Below, one piece after another: positions 1 to 10,986 of a stretch of DNA of 25,942 bases. The position numbers and the translations under genes were made by a program. Each line of letters begins with the position of its first letter. Within the stretch, counting starts at the first letter, position 1. The notes below the pieces were generated by a model. The model made no database searches, was not told the DNA's origin, and saw only the letters and a program-made list of their open reading frames with translations. Origin of the DNA: Zygophlyctis sp. KS116 (lineage: Eukaryota; Fungi; Chytridiomycota); NCBI GenBank assembly GCA_054661495.1, contig BAAFSQ010000138.1, forward strand, positions 1 to 25,942, in the 5' to 3' direction.

Positions 1-245
1 ACAATAGTTCGGTACTAGATGATATGAAAAACACACCTTTAAATGAAGGGCTTCTAGGCAATCACTCCAGATCTAGCATAATAACCCCTGGCGGTTCTAA
101 AGAGTTGAATCAACGGCCTAAAAAAGAGGCTATTCATGGGCCTCTTATTTATGCAATTCCAAAAAATAACAATAGTTCGGTACTAGATGATATGAAAAAC
201 ACACCTTTAAATGAAGGGCTTCTAGGCAATCACTCCAGATCTAGC
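1..245 (+). repeat. 168-bp-period coding duplication (77 bp identical: 1-77 = 169-245)
   Basis: ACAATAGTTCGG...CCAGATCTAGC is present twice. It encodes NSSVLDDMKNTPLNEGLLGNHSRSS, with a 56-aa period. Confidence 0.9.
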
Positions 246-1292
246 GAGGGAATTTTTGGAATTGGTAGAAATAGAAGCAGCACTTTATTATCCGTAGATA
301 AAAACGATCCAACACATAGTCTTACACCAATAAGAAAAGGTCCAGAGGAAATAATTTTCCAAGAAGGATTACTGGCACAAAAAAAGCAGCCTATTAACCA
401 CACAGCTGGCTATGGACCCCTAATATCCGCCATACCCAAAACCAAAGCGGAAGTACAGCCTGTCAATGATCTAGATCATGGTCTAATAGGCCAGATGCGC
501 TCTCGAGAAAGTTTTATACAGAAATCTAAAACACCACCAAAACCAAAAAATGTTAATCAAAGGCAGTCGTCATACATGAATCCAGGCTCTTCAGATCCAA
601 CAATGACCCCTAAAAATCAAAGTTTTTATGGATATCCTGCACCTTATTACTTTGGCCCATACAGTCCATATTCCTCTCCCATTGACGCTTCTACTTTAGC
701 TACTATCCCAACACCTGAATCTGCTGAATCATCACATTCATATTTTAACACAAATCCTCAATATTTCAATCAAGCCGTAAATGCACAATCTGGAATGTAT
801 CAGACCCCTCTTTCATTCTTACCAATGGATTACCAACAAGCACTTTTTTACCAACAATACATGTATTCCCTAGAATCCCAAAAGAAACCAAAAAATAAGA
901 AAAAGAATAAAAAGAAAAAAGGTAAGAAAAAAAAGAAGGAATCCTTATTGATTACCAATAGTAAATTGGAACCGGTAAATTCTCCATTTAGCATGCAAAA
1001 TCACTTATTTTATAATAATCAAGAACAAATGAACCCTTCACCAGCTGAACCATTTGTAAGACCAATAATTGAATCTTCTTCAGAAGAGTCTGTCGGATCA
1101 GATCAAGAGAAACTATGGTCTATTTCTCAGCGGAATTTAAATCATCCATCAAGAGGATCTATTGAATCAGAAGATAATTTTTATTCTCTGGGAAATACGA
1201 TTCAAGTAAATTATTCTGTTACAGGTACAGATGGGAACCAGACTAGTTTAAATGCAGTTGAATCATCTTCGGAAGAATCTGTCGAATCTTAG
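1..1292 (+). CDS. 3' part of a low-complexity protein with GLLG/GPLI motifs, probable tandem paralog of the downstream Skg3/Caf120-like gene (likely begins left of the window)
   Basis: ORF 24..1292. The window starts inside a 168-bp-period repeat, so the true start is probably upstream. Motifs EGLLGNHSRS, GPLIYAIPK, GPLISAIPK and HGLIGQMRSRE resemble GPLLGEVQKE and GGLLGQMDLKEKE in the next gene. It also has a poly-K tract and a Ser/Glu-rich tail. Confidence 0.6.
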   Translation, partial: NSSVLDDMKNTPLNEGLLGNHSRSSIITPGGSKELNQRPKKEAIHGPLIYAIPKNNNSSVLDDMKNTPLNEGLLGNHSRSSEGIFGIGRNRSSTLLSVDKNDPTHSLTPIRKGPEEIIFQEGLLAQKKQPINHTAGYGPLISAIPKTKAEVQPVNDLDHGLIGQMRSRESFIQKSKTPPKPKNVNQRQSSYMNPGSSDPTMTPKNQSFYGYPAPYYFGPYSPYSSPIDASTLATIPTPESAESSHSYFNTNPQYFNQAVNAQSGMYQTPLSFLPMDYQQALFYQQYMYSLESQKKPKNKKKNKKKKGKKKKKESLLITNSKLEPVNSPFSMQNHLFYNNQEQMNPSPAEPFVRPIIESSSEESVGSDQEKLWSISQRNLNHPSRGSIESEDNFYSLGNTIQVNYSVTGTDGNQTSLNAVESSSEESVES

Positions 1293-1317
1293 AATTTCGC
1301 GTGTCAAAAATTGCTCA

Positions 1318-4300
1318 ATGCGTGGAGCCAGGCCTGGACGTCGAATCAATAAAATACAACAAAAGTCAGAGGATGCTGAGAAAGATTTAAAGATTGAAAA
1401 GATTGCAAATGATGTAGAAGAATATATAGTTTTATCTGAATCTTTGCCAGTTTCCCGTTCCTTATCGTCATCGTCTGGACAATCCAGCGAGAAATCATCA
1501 TCCAGCGATGAATCGACATCTCCTATACTACTCAGCAAAAATATGATTAGAAATGCATCAAATACTGGCTCCGGAGGAAGCGGAAAATCACTGGAAAGTG
1601 GGACTTCTGCTGATAAGGACAAGAAAAGTTGGAAAATGGATGATTTTTATCGGATTTATTCATGTAAAAAGTATATTTCTGGTTATTTATACATGGTATA
1701 TGGTAAGGAGTGGATAAAAGTCTATGCCGTCATTACGGGGGAAATGCTGCGGGTCGTTAAAGTTCCAGATTTAATTGCCGTACAGACTTATGAATCCGAA
1801 TCAAATTTGGAACAAATGGTTGATAAAGAGATAAATCCATCTTTAGAGACTCTGGAATTGTTTAATCAGGATGAACCAGTCGTTTTAGATTCTATCAAAG
1901 ATTCCTTATCAGCTGTATATTCTTCAGATTATACTAGTGATATTCAACCGCTTCCTCCAATACCATATACATGTTTTTTTAGTATAGACAAGTATAGCTT
2001 TGCTTCATCATCATTCATTTCTGCAAATTCTTGGGTCCATGCAGCAATGTTGTCTGCTTTCGAGTATGGACTACTAAATGTACATTTTTCATTTAGTTTG
2101 CTAAGAGTTGTACCATACATAAGGATTTGGTCAGATTTTGACATATTACCATTCAAGTCTAGAAAAGTTAAGCATTTGGAATGGGATGGGGATTGTAAAA
2201 TAAGGTTACAAGTACAATCAGAATGGAAAGAGTTTTATTGCAAAATTAATAGTGCTGGTGAGTCTTTTGTACCTAATTTAATAGTATATAGAGCTCATAC
2301 AGTATCTGAAGAAAATGATCAAAAATCCTCGGGGGTATTATCAAAGTTCTTTCATGGAAAGAAGTCTAATTCAAATGAAATAGGAAAACCAGATGAACCT
2401 CCAAAAGATTTTCTGGTCAGTCCTGCACAAATGACGTTTTTTTCAAGTATTTCTGACTACAAGAAAGGAGCTCAGCCTATATTTATTATGACTGATGTCA
2501 GCTTTGTGTATGCCCTGTGGCCCAAAACTATGCATCATATTAAATCAGATGCCGTGAATGAAATTAAAATTATGGGTAGTTTCAAGCTCTTGCAAGAAAA
2601 CGGTAAATGGGCCCAGCTACTAAATCCGGACAAAAACTCTCAGCCATGTTCAGTAAATTTGCAATCTGCAAATACTCATGAATCTCTTCATTGGCTTGTA
2701 GCGATTTTAGGTGCATTTGCATTAGATGCTGATGTAAATTCTTTTGATATAAATGCTGCCGTTTGGTGTAGTCCGCCTACAGATTGGGGAGATCTTTGTC
2801 TGAAGTTAGATGAAGTAGCAGGATTGTCAGGATCTATATCTCTTTTAGGATCGTTTTATGAATATTACAAGCTACTGAATGGTAAAAAAAGCATGCTGAA
2901 AAATGGATTATTTTCAGAATGGCAGCGCTCAGTAAAAAATAGTGTTGATACACGCAGAGATTATGAAAGAAAGGAAGTTGAATTAAAAGTAAATGCGCTT
3001 CTTCTGTGGCTTTATAAACTAAAAAATGGAGAAATCCACTTACCGAATTGGGTTGAAAATGAATTAAATGAAAAAATTGGCCCAAAATATAACGATTCAG
3101 CGCAAAATAAGTCGTATCCATCTGATTCTGAGATAGAAGATGACAGATCACCAAAAAATAGATCAGAACTAGATATAAACACAGCAGGTAGTTTTTCTTT
3201 TTTTTTGAATTCTAGGTAGTCAAAGATCAGGAGACGCCCTAAAAAAATCTAACAAAGATCAACTAGCTATTAATGCAGAAGATGCGACTGTGGAAAATAC
3301 GCATCTCCAAAGAGTCTCTAGTGAGAAGCGAAAAGCTGCCAAGAATTTTCTGCTTGGGCTCTCTGAATCTTTGCCAAAGATGTTTGAAAGAGGAGAAGGT
3401 CTGCCTAGCTCTGTTTGGTATCAAGAAGAGGAAAGTAGAATTAAGGAACGAGAAGAATTCGTTGTAATTCTGGGAATAATTAATATTTTAGGGTGATCAA
3501 GCCAGTCCTATCGCAGATATTCCAATCTATGAAGCTAACTCCTTACTAGAAAAAGAAGCTAAAACTGTAAAAAAATCTGGTTTGGAAAACTTTCATATTC
3601 CTGAAAAGCAAGTACATATATTCGCTGAGAATTCTCTCTTGGATAGAACTGCAATGCCCAGGGCTAGTATGATCAAAAGTGTCGGACCTCTTTTGGGAGA
3701 GGTTCAAAAAGAAGGAAACAAGCCGAAATTAGAGGGAGGTTTACTCGGTCAGATGGATCTTAAGGAAAAAGAGTATGCGCACTTTCGCAAAAGTGGTGGG
3801 TATCGTGCTACAATGATTCCCCAGCCAACCAATCCACTGCATATGGTTCAAGTTTATGAAAACACAGAAACGATCAACAAGCGCAACTCGTCACTATCGT
3901 CTACTGGACCGAATCTAGCGCAATTAGACGTCAGGTACATTAATCATCGATATAATGAAAGTTTTAGCTCCATGGGCGGTGGTCAGACGTCAAATAATCC
4001 GCCAATAATGCCTGTTTTGGATCCTCGAACGTCATTGATCACTGCTCAATTAGATCCCAGAATGTCATTTATTAATCAGCCATTAGATCCCAGAATATCA
4101 TTTATCAATCATCCATTAGATCCCAGAATGTCATTCATCAATCAGCCATTAGATCCAAGATTTTCATTTTTATCTCAACCACAAGATCCAAGAGTGTCTA
4201 TGTCTTTAAAAGATAGTAAACATCTCAGATTAAATCCTGTTGAACTCAAGCTAAACAGCCTACCAACTAAGTCTAATACGCAATCTGTAGGATCATCTGA

Positions 4301-4853
4301 ATCCTCTGAATCTGGAAATGATCCAGCCGATACAGGTTCCGGAGAAGAATCAGGTACAGATTCTTCTTCAGAAGGGTCATCATCTGATGAACATGAAAAC
4401 CAGGAACCTTTGTTTGCAAATCTCAAAGAGAATGAAGACGATTCCTCTGGTAGCGATACCTCCGGTAGCTCCTCCGCTAGCTCCTCAGCAGATAGCAGTA
4501 AATCTGACGAAAACGACTTGGAAAATTTCAAATATCCTGTTCCATACCCAATGTTTGGTCAAGCACATTTTCAGAATCATTTGCTTGGAATACCACCTCC
4601 AATGGGCCCACAATTTCTCCCTGGAAACTTTCAGATGAATCATGTACAGCCTATAGATATTTCACAATCATCTGTTTCCAAAACATCTGATTCATCATCT
4701 GCTAGTAGTGGGGCAGAGGAGTCTCCTATCAATGATAAGCCCAAGAATTTTCTTCAAAATGATTCCGGTACAGAATCAGATTCCAGTGCATCAGCTGATG
4801 AATCTGCAGTTAAAAAGCCTAGATCATTTGTATTGCCTGGAAAGCGAAAATGA
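1318..4853 (+). CDS. Skg3/Caf120-like PH-domain protein with long disordered C-terminus (~1159 aa, 2 introns)
   Basis: ORFs 1252-3219, 3290-3496 and 3582-4853 join in frame by removing GT-AG introns 3188-3215 and 3464-3491 (28 nt each). PH-like motifs: YISGYLY..WIKVYAVITGEML, 'WVHAAMLSAFE', 'EWKEFYC', 'VYALWP', 'WLVAILGAFAL'. ATG 1318 is preferred because 1252 overlaps the upstream gene. Confidence 0.65.
4020..4203 (+). repeat. 33-bp coding tandem repeat, ~6 units of LDPRxSFINQP
   Basis: GAT-CCx-xGA (DPR) recurs at 4020, 4053, 4086, 4119, 4152 and 4185. Confidence 0.9.
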
Positions 4854-4943
4854 TTCGCGATTGCGATTTCACTCGCGTGACTGCCGTCATAATACATAGC
4901 ATTGGTTTATAAATAGAATGTCAATTTATAAATAAATATCATA

Positions 4944-6277
4944 ATGAGATCAATGGTACTATTTGTTTTTGCATCTGCATTTCTATATGCTGGAGCATCA
5001 GACTGTAGTGTTGTGTTATCCTTGTGGAAAAGCTTTGGAAGAGTGGTTCCTTTAGATCCTAACAATAATAAGGCTGATGCATGCTGTGAAATGATCGGAA
5101 TAGAGTGTAACAAAGATTCTGTAATGAGAATCAACTGGAATGGCCAAAGTCTTGTTGGTAACATTACATCCAACATTGGGGACTTACGATCACTAAATAG
5201 CTTAATCCTTTCCAACAATTCAATCGATGGAATTATTCCTGATACAATTGGGAATTTAGAAAAATTAGAGAATTTAGAATTAAATTCTAATATTCTTTAC
5301 GGTAACATACCATCCACAATCGGAAAACTGAAAAAGCTACAAAAATTGTCATTATCGGACAATCAGCTTTTTGGATCCGTACCCCGGTCAATTAGCAACT
5401 GCCAAGATTTAAGGTCATTGTAAGATTTTATCATATTCTTACCATAGATCACTGCAAAACAATAAGCTAACTGGAAACATTCCTCCTGATCTAGAAATTT
5501 TGGATAAACTTAAAAGTCTCAACTTGAGCAGCAATCAGTTCTCAAACACCATCAGTGCTTGCTTGATTAATGGAATGTCAAGTCTAATATCATTGTAAGA
5601 ATCAATAGAATAAATATTATAGAGATATGTCGAATAATCCTAATCTTACGGGGGCAATTTGGCCAGCTTCCAAAAATCTTACATTGTAAGAAATTTGAAA
5701 ATCTCATTTTAGTTTGACTTTACGGACCAGCCTTACTGACTGCACTAACGGAGAGTCAAGCAATGCGGCTTGTAAAGAGATGAAATGTGTAAGACCAGCT
5801 GATGGGAATGCTGTAGCTTGGTGGATTGTTGGACTATTAGGCGGAATATGGGTTATTATATTTGGAATAGTTGGATACTGGCTTTATACAGAGTCTTTGA
5901 AAAGAAAATTAGCTTCTGGTGATCATGAAGATGGCAAATCTATGGTCAGTGGTGATGATGACGATACCGATAGTGTGGTCACCAAGTTGGACGGGCTAAT
6001 GCAAGAAAGACGAAGCTATAATTCGACTTTTGAAACCAGATCATTTACCAATTTATTTAAGCAAGGTGCCTTCAAAGATAAGCATGAATCAGAAAGTTAT
6101 GCTGAAAATCGTCCCATGGTGGTTTTACAGCCTCATACACCTGCAAATGATGACGAGTTAGAGATCGCAGTTGGAGACTTGGTAGAATTAATAGAAAGGT
6201 TTGACGATGGATGGGCTTTTGGCAAAAGCAAAATTACAGACAAATCAGGAGTTTTCCCATTAGTTTGCCTAGAATAA
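4944..6277 (+). CDS. Signal peptide - plant-type LRR - transmembrane - SH3 receptor-like protein (3 introns)
   Basis: N-terminal hydrophobic signal, Cys-containing LRR cap (CCEMIGIEC) and LxxLxLxxNxLxGxIP repeats. Introns 5420-5447, 5595-5622 and 5686-5712 restore LSLQNNKLTGNIPP and LDMSNNPNLTG. TM segment WWIVGLLGGIWVIIFGIVGYWLY. C-terminal SH3 (DELEIAVGDLVE..DDGWAFG..GVFP). Confidence 0.85.
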
Positions 6278-6300
6278 GAATAAAATGTATTTTTTTATAT

Positions 6301-6985
6301 TTATCCTTTGCGCAGTAAATCTAATCTTGCCTGTAGTTCATCATCTGAAGCTCCTTCTGCAATAGCCACTTTTTGATTTTGTATTGTATTCCCAACCTTT
6401 GCAGTAGGAGCAGCAGCAAACTAAAAGTCAAAATTCTTTCTAATATACCTGTTCACCCAAATCCACACCAATTTCATCTAAAACTTTTTGCAAAATCTCA
6501 TCTGTTTCTTCTTCTTCTCCATCTCCCTCCATAACATCTTCGACAGTATCTTCCAACATTTCTTGCTTCATATCCATCATTTCCGACTCTCTTGTGAAAT
6601 CCATCATTATTTTTTGTATTCCTGGAAGTTGAATCTTTTTATTCATTGATGCCATCGCTTTAGTAACTCCTTTTAGAGCCTCTGTCATTTGTGCTGTAGA
6701 TTTAAGTGTTTGAATTTTCAAGCTGACTGCTTGCAATTGTGTCCTCATTTGATAGAAATTATGAATGTATCTTCTAGTTCTGACTAAATCTTTAGCCTGA
6801 ATTTTAGCCGCATTAGTCTGACCATTTTTTGCAGATTTCTTTATTTCAACAATTAATTTCTTTTCTTGTGCTTCTAGTTTTGTTCTTTCTCTATCCAATT
6901 CTCGCGATGCTTTTGTTAGAGACCTCTGATGCTGTTTAAGCATTTCTGCGGGAGTCTTTCTAGACCCAAAGAGCATTTCCATCAT
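6301..6985 (-). CDS. DID4: ESCRT-III subunit Vps2/Did4 (CHMP2A ortholog)
   Basis: Snf7-family sequence (LFGSRKTPAEML, AKDLVRTRRY, QLQAVSLKIQT). Intron 6421-6448 leads to a final exon ending in the MIM-like ELQARLDLLRKG*. Confidence 0.93.
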
Positions 6986-7101
6986 TATTCAAGAGTTTTC
7001 AGTTTTTCGAGTCGCGCTCGCGTTGTCTGGTAAAACGACCTCTTGACACTTGTTCGCGTGTGAAAGAGTCGCTGATCAATTCTTCTCACTGAAAGAGATT
7101 C

Positions 7102-8076
7102 ATGTCATCAGACAAGGATAGATTGATAGAACAAGAACAGAGAATTTCAGCTTCATTTTTAAAGCATTCCCCAAAAGAGAAATCAATGAATGAAGAAGAA
7201 GAGGAAAACGTTTTAATCTTTTTTGAGACAGTTGCTGGTGTTCATGAAATTGTTAGATCAAGACTATATCGATCAGAGGCAAATTCATTAGAGTCTTATT
7301 TTAATATAAGATGGGGAATTTCTAGAGCCCAGGTTTATAGATATATGGACTGTTATTTTGTTCTAAATCAACTTCAAGGATTTGAGGAATTGCCAGCTAG
7401 AGAAAGATTATGTAGATCATTAAAAAAATGTGCAAAAAATGAAGAGGATATGAGGAAATTATGGGAATATACATTGGTATTGGCTGGAGATGAAAGGCCA
7501 ATTCCTACTCAATTGATTCAGGATGCATGGAATCATCTGAAAAAAGGTAAAAAGTTGGAAATTCAGAATTTGCATGTCCGAAAACGGTCAATTTCTGAAA
7601 ATTCAAGTAAAAGATTGCATTCTCCAAAAAGATTAAGGACATCAAGTCAAACTTCAGAATCAAGAATATCTCCAAGAAGAACAAGGACTTCTAGTCAGAT
7701 TTCAGAACCACAAAATTTAGCAAGGCATATTTCAATTGATGATCTGATCACAAAATTTGAAAAAGAAGAGATTTTGGAGGAAGGAATTACAAAAGAACCA
7801 GTATCTTCAGAATCTGCAGATTATCTAGAATATCTTGAGGAAACTTCAAAGGATCAGACTGTTGATGAATTGGTGCAGGCTCTTTTTTCTACAATGGATG
7901 CATTATCTGAAATGGGCTATAAATTACAACCAAAAGTCGGACAAGGATGGTGTCCAATTCCAATCAAGCAGTGGAGAATGGTACCATCAGATATAGATAT
8001 GAGCATGGAAGTTCCTTCTCTGGTTAGATCTTCATCTTCTGGTATTGTTGACGATTGGCACGAATATCTTGAATAG
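7102..8076 (+). CDS. Hypothetical 324-aa protein with N-terminal helical/HTH-like domain and Ser/Arg-rich middle
   Basis: Single-exon ORF. Motif EIVRSRLYR...LESYF..RWGISRAQVYRYMD...LPARERLCRSL. Confidence 0.75.
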   Translation: MSSDKDRLIEQEQRISASFLKHSPKEKSMNEEEEENVLIFFETVAGVHEIVRSRLYRSEANSLESYFNIRWGISRAQVYRYMDCYFVLNQLQGFEELPARERLCRSLKKCAKNEEDMRKLWEYTLVLAGDERPIPTQLIQDAWNHLKKGKKLEIQNLHVRKRSISENSSKRLHSPKRLRTSSQTSESRISPRRTRTSSQISEPQNLARHISIDDLITKFEKEEILEEGITKEPVSSESADYLEYLEETSKDQTVDELVQALFSTMDALSEMGYKLQPKVGQGWCPIPIKQWRMVPSDIDMSMEVPSLVRSSSSGIVDDWHEYLE

Positions 8077-8138
8077 AATTCTTTTTATTTAATTGTGTCT
8101 TAAATTATGAATTTGTACAGTAGCGATATAGCAAGTAC

Positions 8139-9026
8139 TTAATTATCAGTTTCTGGATATCTAACTAGAAGATTATCATATGCAGCTTGTACTTTAACCC
8201 CCAACTTAATTCTTTGAGGGTCTTTTTCCAAGTACTCATTCAATTCATCATGAGACGCTCTGTGACATATACCGGTCAAATAACCTCTTCCTGAAGCAGG
8301 TAAGACCTTTAAACATGCTCTTAAAGCCTGATCAAAAGAAAAATGTGACTGATGGGGCTCCCATTTCAGACCATCAAGTATAAATACTTCCGTCCCTTTT
8401 AATTTTAATAATGTAGAGTCTGGAATTGAATCAACATCTGCGATATATGAGACATTACCGATTCTAAATCCTGTATTCCAGTATACACCACCGGTTTCCA
8501 TTATGACTCCATGATGAACAGGCAAAGGAATGATTTTAACATCATTCACAAAAAACTCTTCATCTTGTGAAATTAGAATGAAATTCAAATCCCCAACTTC
8601 ACCAGATCCTGTAGCTTTTGTCCTATCTACCAAATACGGAAAGGAAGTTTTAACAGTTTCAAATGTTTCCCGAGTAAGATAAACATTTACAGATTTTTGT
8701 ATTTTTGCTCCCATTGTCCAACCTCTGAGATCATCTAGTCCCATTATAGCGTCTGCATGCCCGTGAGTCAATAAAACTCCATCAATCTTTGATAATTTAT
8801 GCATTGATGTAGTATGTACGACAGAATCATAAAATGTTTTTCCACAATCGATCAGAATAGTTGTATCCTTGACTCTTATCAACGCACTAGTATTCCTTCG
8901 CTTATTCTTACTGGAAGGACTTCTGGCTGCATCAAAACAAACATTGCAAGATATCGGATTTTGAAGTATACATCCTAAATTAGGAACATTGCTGGATGTT
9001 CCTGTCCCCATAAATATTATTTCCAT
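8139..9026 (-). CDS. PhnP/YycJ-like metallo-beta-lactamase-fold hydrolase
   Basis: MGTGTSS start, CxxC..KNKRRNTS, ILIDCG, THGHADA (HxHxDH variant), HHG, YIAD, SHF and GICH motifs. Confidence 0.88.
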   Translation of the reverse strand: MEIIFMGTGTSSNVPNLGCILQNPISCNVCFDAARSPSSKNKRRNTSALIRVKDTTILIDCGKTFYDSVVHTTSMHKLSKIDGVLLTHGHADAIMGLDDLRGWTMGAKIQKSVNVYLTRETFETVKTSFPYLVDRTKATGSGEVGDLNFILISQDEEFFVNDVKIIPLPVHHGVIMETGGVYWNTGFRIGNVSYIADVDSIPDSTLLKLKGTEVFILDGLKWEPHQSHFSFDQALRACLKVLPASGRGYLTGICHRASHDELNEYLEKDPQRIKLGVKVQAAYDNLLVRYPETDN

Positions 9027-9937
9027 TTGCTTAAAGTATGTGATCTTTCACACTGATATTCGAGCGACGTCATTCGGGCTATTATTTCTTCCGACAGATA
9101 ATCTAGATCTTCTATCCAGTTTAGAGCATTTATTCACTATAAAGATAATTGTAATGTAATTTTTCATGTTAGGAAAAGTCGCCCAGAACGAACTGTTTAC
9201 CGTATTTTCTTTTGATCTTTGAAAACTATGTCTTTTAACTCTTGTGCAAAGAGTCGGAACGTATGTTTTTTAGTGTTGGGCAGTAATCGGTTAACTACAA
9301 ATTCGCAAAAGTTTCAACTTTACTTACGCCTACTATTCCTTCAAAGTCCGAAATTATTTTAGTTACAAGGTCCACAATTAAGTTTTACGACATACAAAAC
9401 CGAAAGGAAATCTTGCTATCGAATATTGTAAATTGATTTTTCTTACTAGGCTAGGATACCTTAAAGATTGAGCGTTCAATGTGCGAATACCAAATTGATC
9501 TTGAAATTGCATATATAAAATATCTCGATGGGCTTCTTTAGGCGGCAAGAGTGAGTGAGATCAATTCTGGATTTTCTCCAAAAAGGCATTCCACCGATCT
9601 GTAATCTTCTGTCATGAAAAATACAGTAATTCGATTGGGGTGTCTTAGACTATTCCTGGAGCGAGTAGATTTGTCTTAGTACTTAGTTGCAGACAAGCTA
9701 CAAATTACAAAACTTTTCTGAAATGACAGGTTTTCCCAAGAAACTTTGTTTGGACATTGCCCATATTTTTACATGCGATGGGAGCTCTACTTAAGTATTG
9801 TCCGAACGAAACATGTCACCTATAAACGTCAGGCCCCCTTGCTTTCCCGTTTATGCTTTCCCAATTTAAAAAAAAACTAGGTAAATCTATTAGATTAATG
9901 ATGTAGAACCTGACTATTTACTAATTGTGTAGACAAA

Positions 9938-10911
9938 ATGATGAATCTGATTTTACTCGTATCGCTTGCTGTAATCTCTGTAACTGGAAAAATAGAAGCA
10001 TCCAAAGCAGGACACCTCATTTCTACTTTTTCTACAAATGACAAAACTTCTGGCCAAGGAAATTCTATCAGGCCTCAGAAATCAAAGCATTTCGCCAAAG
10101 AACTCCCGATTGGGATCGGTTATAATTATGGAGCAGCAGTCATGACCGGACAAGTCAACATCTATCATATTTACTATGGTAGCTGGTTTAATGATTCATT
10201 TATATACTGGAATATGAATAATACAGGCAGACTCTTGATTGAAGATTTTGCTCGTAATGTTGGAAAGTCTGAATGGTACGATACTAATCGCCAATATTAC
10301 TATCAAAATTCATCCAAAAGCCATCGTCAATACGTTTCTAAGAATGTCGTCTTTAAGGGTGGTTTGATAAGTAATTACTCTCGCGGTTCTAGTTTGGAAA
10401 ACGATGATATCTTCACAATTGTACGAGATCATATAAAGGATTTCAATGGTGGAATTCCTGATCCAAACGGAATATATTTTGTCTTGACTTCTCCAGACGT
10501 TTCCGTGACTGACTTTTGCACAAGGTTTTGTGGATGGCATTCCTTTTTGAAAGTTTCTTCAACCATTGTTAAACTCTCGTTTGTAGGAGTTCCAGACTTT
10601 AGTTGTAACTGTTTTGGTCAATACGCTTCACCAAATAAATTACCAGAGATAGAGGCCTTGCTAAGCATATATGCTCATGAAGTGGTTGAAACTGTTTCAG
10701 ATCCAGAATTGGATACTTGGAAGGATATTCGTGGAGAAGAAAACGCTGATAAATGCTCAGTAAGTTTTTATGTATTTATTATTAGTGGAACTGGGGAAAT
10801 TATTACTATACGGGTTCATATTTGACTGGTTTTTATAATGCAATCGTTGGGTCTAAAAAGTACTTGCTTCAAACTAATTGGGATCCAACAACTGGAAGCT
10901 GTGAAAACTAA
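9938..10911 (+). CDS. Secreted PHI-1/EXORDIUM-like (phosphate-induced protein 1) protein
   Basis: Signal peptide. Motifs IYYGSW, IYFVLTSPDV, FCGWHS, SPN, AHEVVETVSDP and ENADKC. Intron 10760-10785 (26 nt) restores WNWG...KKYLLQTNWDPTTGSCEN*. Confidence 0.85.
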
Positions 10912-10986
10912 TTTAAAAAAGAATAAATTGAGATTTACAGAGAGTTGAGAGCAAACGGTGAGCGTCAAGGTTGGTCACAACAGAGA

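Noticed and set aside
1252-1317. Programmed frameshift fusing ORF 24-1292 and ORF 1252-3219
   Set aside because: No slippery site or frame-restoring intron was seen. ATG 1318, preceded by the promoter-associated TCGCGTG motif, explains the overlap more simply.
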